A stretch of DNA of 63,839 nucleotides, counting the filler, from Aduncisulcus paluster (taxonomy: Eukaryota): NCBI GenBank assembly GCA_024181965.1. It is 9 parts of 9 records of this genome, joined end to end, with 100 filler letters (N's around TTAATTAATTAA, not from the genome) between each part and the next. Parts side by side here need not be neighbours in the genome. Positions count along the whole stretch, not along the records: positions 53,179 to 60,442 come from BQXS01010056.1; positions 60,543 to 63,839 come from BQXS01010064.1; 7 more parts are not named here. One strand, given 5' to 3'. Positions 60,200 through 63,839 of this stretch are shown here, in pieces (position 1 is the stretch's first letter; each line of letters opens with the position of its first letter). The position numbers were made by a program, and so were the translations under genes. Below the pieces are notes generated by a model. The model did not search any database. It worked only from the letters and a program-made list of their open reading frames with translations, and was not told where the DNA came from.

Positions 60200-60442
60200 A
60201 TGCCAGCTACAGTTCAAACTACAAGTGGTGCAACGGTAGACGTACCGTGTTTGCGCAAATACACTTTGGAAGATCTCAATGAATTTTTCTTGAGATATGA
60301 TGCATATAAATCGAATCCGAGAGTTTCGAGTCCTTCTTCTTGGATAAGGTTGATCGATCCGGCCCTGCTTTCATCGTTGAAAGATATTTTGGGTTTTGGA
60401 GTCATTGATAGTACTGAAGAATTAAAAAAGTTCAAAAAGGCT
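60200..60442 (+). CDS. N-terminal fragment of a hypothetical protein, possibly retroelement Gag-like
   Basis: ATG ORF running into the linker; the resemblance of P.L....L..F...YDAY to a Gag N-terminus is only an impression. Confidence 0.3.
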
Positions 60443-61302
60443 NNNNNNNNNNNNNNNNNNNNNNNNNNNNNNNNNNNNNNNNNNNNTTAATTAATTAANN
60501 NNNNNNNNNNNNNNNNNNNNNNNNNNNNNNNNNNNNNNNNNNTATGGAGAAAAATACATGACATTTACGCTTTGATGATCTTGACAATTTCTGGAATTCC
60601 AGAGGAAGTTCAATTTCATTGGTAGGAATAGCGTTTATTTACTTTATTAACAAGAATCTATTTAACAGAAATTTTAAAATAAACTGTCTATGTAGTGCAG
60701 GGGTAAAACGGGAATTAATGGAAATAATTCAATTTGGTATTCCAAAATATCAATATATTTTTATTAGGATAATTATTTTTATATTTTATTCGAATTCAAA
60801 ATTTTGGGACACTCTGGAAAAAAGAAAAACCAGCCTCCTTTTCATTGAGATTGAAATCGTTGTGTTAAACCCTCGGCTATGTTGTAATTGTTTACTTTTA
60901 TTATTGAGTGACTCATAAATGAATCCCTGAAAAAATTCAGTGAAAAATTAAAGCATAGGGTTCCAAAATAACAAAAAAAATTATTGTCAAGCATGAAACA
61001 AGTATTATCATTTCTAAAAATAAAAAGCCATTTTGAAATGCGAAGCAGAACATCTATATTTTCATTCCTTGTCAACAAGTCGCCAATGATTGTTTTAAAA
61101 TTCGGATATGATCAATGTGATAACAAACTCTGCCACCAATTAATTAATCATCCCCAAAAAACCAGTCAAACCAGTCAGTGACAAATTTCTCCAATTCTTC
61201 AATTTCAAGCACGTTTGATGCTAAATCTTCCATTTCTTTCCTCCATTCATCTTGATCGTACCCTTCAAATGAACAAGTTTGTTCATCAAATAGAAGCTCC
61301 AC

Positions 61303-63774
61303 TCATGCACTCGTTTGTTCAACAAAATCATACAAAGAATGTCTCAAGGATCTTTCTTCATCTGATTTCATGAATGTAAGTATGTGATGAGCTGGTTTGT
61401 ACCGAATAAGAGAAGAATGCGTGATATACTCTGGGAGATCTTTAATATCTTCATTCTTTCGTCCAAATTGATAGACATATTTCACAGTTTTGAGGGATTT
61501 TAGATCTGCAGAGGCTCCGGCAAAAGAATAATAAAATTCTGCTCGATGATCTTCATCTCGTTGATATAGAAAAATTACTTTAATCCCAAGAGGTATGTGG
61601 CAAGCAAATTGTTTTTTTGAACTGAAAAATCCACAAAACAACTGAGATGAGATGGTTTCTATCGTTGGGATTAAACACACAAATGGAATTGAATGGAAAT
61701 ATTTCTGAGCATGAGAAGTTGAAAGGTAAGAACTCACATTTAACGGATATTGATGAAGTTTTTGGGATAAGAAATCCTTACTTCGGTGTGGATTATTCCA
61801 TGTACTCCATATTACCGTCTCATCATATTTTGGTGATAAATACGGAATGAGAGATGAATTTGTCGATAACAACGCAAATAATATCGACCAACGTATCGGA
61901 TCAGTTTTGTGACGAAGCTTGTATCCATCTACAATCCTTTCGAACCAAAGATCAAGATAGTCTTTGATACTTTCAAACACTTCAATTGCATGAGAAGAAT
62001 CATAACATAAATTGGCAAAATATTCAAGAATATTTGAGCAAAAAGTTGAGAAACGTTTAAATTCCCCAGCAAATCGAGTAATAAAAGGGTGGAAGAGAGA
62101 CCAAGCTTCTGAACACAGGGCTTTTGGATAACATATCCACGACCTTGGAGCCCAACCAGGAGAATTTGATATATGATGTGAGCATAGATGATAATGCTGT
62201 GGTTTTGTTATTTTAACCAGAATGAAAGACCAAGAAAGATCACTACTGAATAATCCTGAATAATCTGGGCTTTTCAACCTATTTATAATAAATGGTTTGA
62301 TAAGGGTAAGTAAAGGAAGTCTGATAAAATAGGAGTTTTCCTTTGCAAGTTCTTCAATGATCTCTTTATGTTCAGGGTATAGTTTTAAAGGTTCTTCTGA
62401 ATCCATTGATTTCTTGGTAATTGTTTCGATATCGTCTGATAACTCCTTTAGACGAGAATCGTGCTCGATGAAATATCTTGATGCACATACTTCTGTCAAA
62501 TATTTTTCATACATCTCATTCACACTTCCATCATCACTGTGATACCACTCCACAATTTCATCGTATTTACCAGCAATATATGGAATAAGCTCTGGAACAG
62601 CAGGAAACATGGAAATAAGTTTAAACAGGCATTCAATAACATTATTATTCCTCTCATATTCTTTGATACTCCTTGCTATCTTCAACCATCCATCAAGAAG
62701 TCCATCTTTGATATTATTACAGACTTCGATGGCTTGGGAAGGGATTGAAGACAAATGAGAAAAGAATGAAATGCATGATATTAGAATATCAACATCAAGT
62801 GGACAGAGATCTGTTTCATAATCTTCATCAAGTGGAATGTCAATATCCTTCACAACATCCAAGACAGGATGGAATACAAACCAAAGTTGTGAACAACGGT
62901 CTTTATGAGGGTTGATGTTATCCTTATCAGAAGTGATGTTCTTCAAGATGTTTACCCATAATAAGAAGAACTTCTTGTCTGGATACTTCTCCATCCATGG
63001 CAAGATATGAGGGAGAAGAAGCGACAAAAGGGAGCTCTTGGTGGAATCATTTTGTGAAAGTGCCAACGATGTGATTGTTCCAAGGAGAGTTTCGATGAAC
63101 AACTCACTGAATACCTGAGATTGTCCACTTGTCAATATCTGTGAGAGAAGAGGGGATATTCGAGGATATATAGTGATGCAAAGAGAATTGTAGTTGAGAA
63201 TAGAAACGTTTAGAATCATGAATAATGTCATTGTGATTGAACTCACTCTTGGTTCTCCCGCTTCTTCTTCTTCTTCAGAATCACCCTCTCTTAAAACGGC
63301 TTCAACTCTCAGAATTGGATCGAGATAATCCTCAAAGAATTCCTTCAGCTGATAAAATCCAATGGCTTTATGTTTTATAAATAGCAACAAACACTCGAAC
63401 CACAGTGTGAAAAGATCTCGATTTGACCGGAGGGAAGAGATGGAAGTTGAAGACTGAAGGCTTGTAAAATCTTTGAAAATTGTCTTTAGATGGGGAATAT
63501 TTTCTTCATAGATGCATTTTAAGTCGGATGAATTTGGTGATTGTTTGATAGATTCTATCAAAGCTTTAAGCTGAGCGTGAGCTTTCTGAGGAATTGGGGA
63601 AACTTGAGGTTGATGGAGTTGAGACATTGATTTAACTATATTGAATTGTTTTTGGTTTGAATCGATTATTATTATTATTATTACTAGTTCCTTTGGGGTC
63701 GAATCGGAGTTTGATTCCGAAGAAATAAAAGAAGAGACAGGGATATAAGAAAAGATAATTGAAATGATATTCAT
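61303..63774 (-). CDS. Lineage-specific helical (ARM-like) repeat protein of about 800 aa (alternative start 63627)
   Basis: Internal duplication: CSQLWFVFHPVL...AIEVCNNIKD.LLD.W...LIPYIAGKYDE versus CSEAWSLFHPFI...AIEVFESIKD.YLD.W...LIPYLSPKYDE. Confidence 0.7.
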   Translation of the reverse strand: MNIISIIFSYIPVSSFISSESNSDSTPKELVIIIIIIDSNQKQFNIVKSMSQLHQPQVSPIPQKAHAQLKALIESIKQSPNSSDLKCIYEENIPHLKTIFKDFTSLQSSTSISSLRSNRDLFTLWFECLLLFIKHKAIGFYQLKEFFEDYLDPILRVEAVLREGDSEEEEEAGEPRVSSITMTLFMILNVSILNYNSLCITIYPRISPLLSQILTSGQSQVFSELFIETLLGTITSLALSQNDSTKSSLLSLLLPHILPWMEKYPDKKFFLLWVNILKNITSDKDNINPHKDRCSQLWFVFHPVLDVVKDIDIPLDEDYETDLCPLDVDILISCISFFSHLSSIPSQAIEVCNNIKDGLLDGWLKIARSIKEYERNNNVIECLFKLISMFPAVPELIPYIAGKYDEIVEWYHSDDGSVNEMYEKYLTEVCASRYFIEHDSRLKELSDDIETITKKSMDSEEPLKLYPEHKEIIEELAKENSYFIRLPLLTLIKPFIINRLKSPDYSGLFSSDLSWSFILVKITKPQHYHLCSHHISNSPGWAPRSWICYPKALCSEAWSLFHPFITRFAGEFKRFSTFCSNILEYFANLCYDSSHAIEVFESIKDYLDLWFERIVDGYKLRHKTDPIRWSILFALLSTNSSLIPYLSPKYDETVIWSTWNNPHRSKDFLSQKLHQYPLNVSSYLSTSHAQKYFHSIPFVCLIPTIETISSQLFCGFFSSKKQFACHIPLGIKVIFLYQRDEDHRAEFYYSFAGASADLKSLKTVKYVYQFGRKNEDIKDLPEYITHSSLIRYKPAHHILTFMKSDEERSLRHSLYDFVEQTSA

Positions 63775-63839
63775 TATAATAGAGATGTTTTATAAAAGTG
63801 CAATATAAATGTTGATAAATATTGTTTTGAATTCATCAT

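Noticed and set aside
1-63839. CRISPR arrays, rRNA, tRNA or a non-standard (TAR=Gln) genetic code
   Set aside because: No repeat-spacer arrays or RNA gene signatures seen; conserved genes end at TAA, TAG and TGA at the expected positions.

Overview
AT-rich, gene-dense eukaryotic (protist) genomic DNA, standard genetic code, with a few short GT-AG introns. The window is not one locus. It is nine scaffolds joined by eight artificial 100-nt linkers (N44-TTAATTAATTAA-N44), and it has nine internal 20-N gaps, each flanked by a 195-364 nt duplicated overlap. From recalled family signatures (the 'PSPxKGAYIC' domain family, the divergent kinase family, the 'PHKDRCSQLWFVFHPVLDVV' family) and the GTATG splice donors, the source is probably a free-living fornicate metamonad such as Aduncisulcus; this is inference, not a database result. 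Recognisable genes: Rtf2, Rab geranylgeranyltransferase alpha, a PH-domain protein, DUF167, a PABPN1-like RRM protein, INO80-type SNF2 ATPase, inositol 5-phosphatase, phospholipase B-like Ntn hydrolase, DDX31/DBP7, REEP/Yop1, a kinesin-2 tail, a probable Sec8, RPL23, a TBC Rab-GAP, a RIO1 tail, a PDI-like protein and a tandem pseudokinase-kinase. The 41.4-49 kb region is a mobile-element graveyard with RLE-type non-LTR retrotransposon fragments and Plavaka-like transposases. The most notable unexplained pattern is a set of about 15 perfect odd-length palindromes (13-21 nt, 1-nt centre), unrelated in sequence, found mostly within about 250 nt downstream of stop codons.
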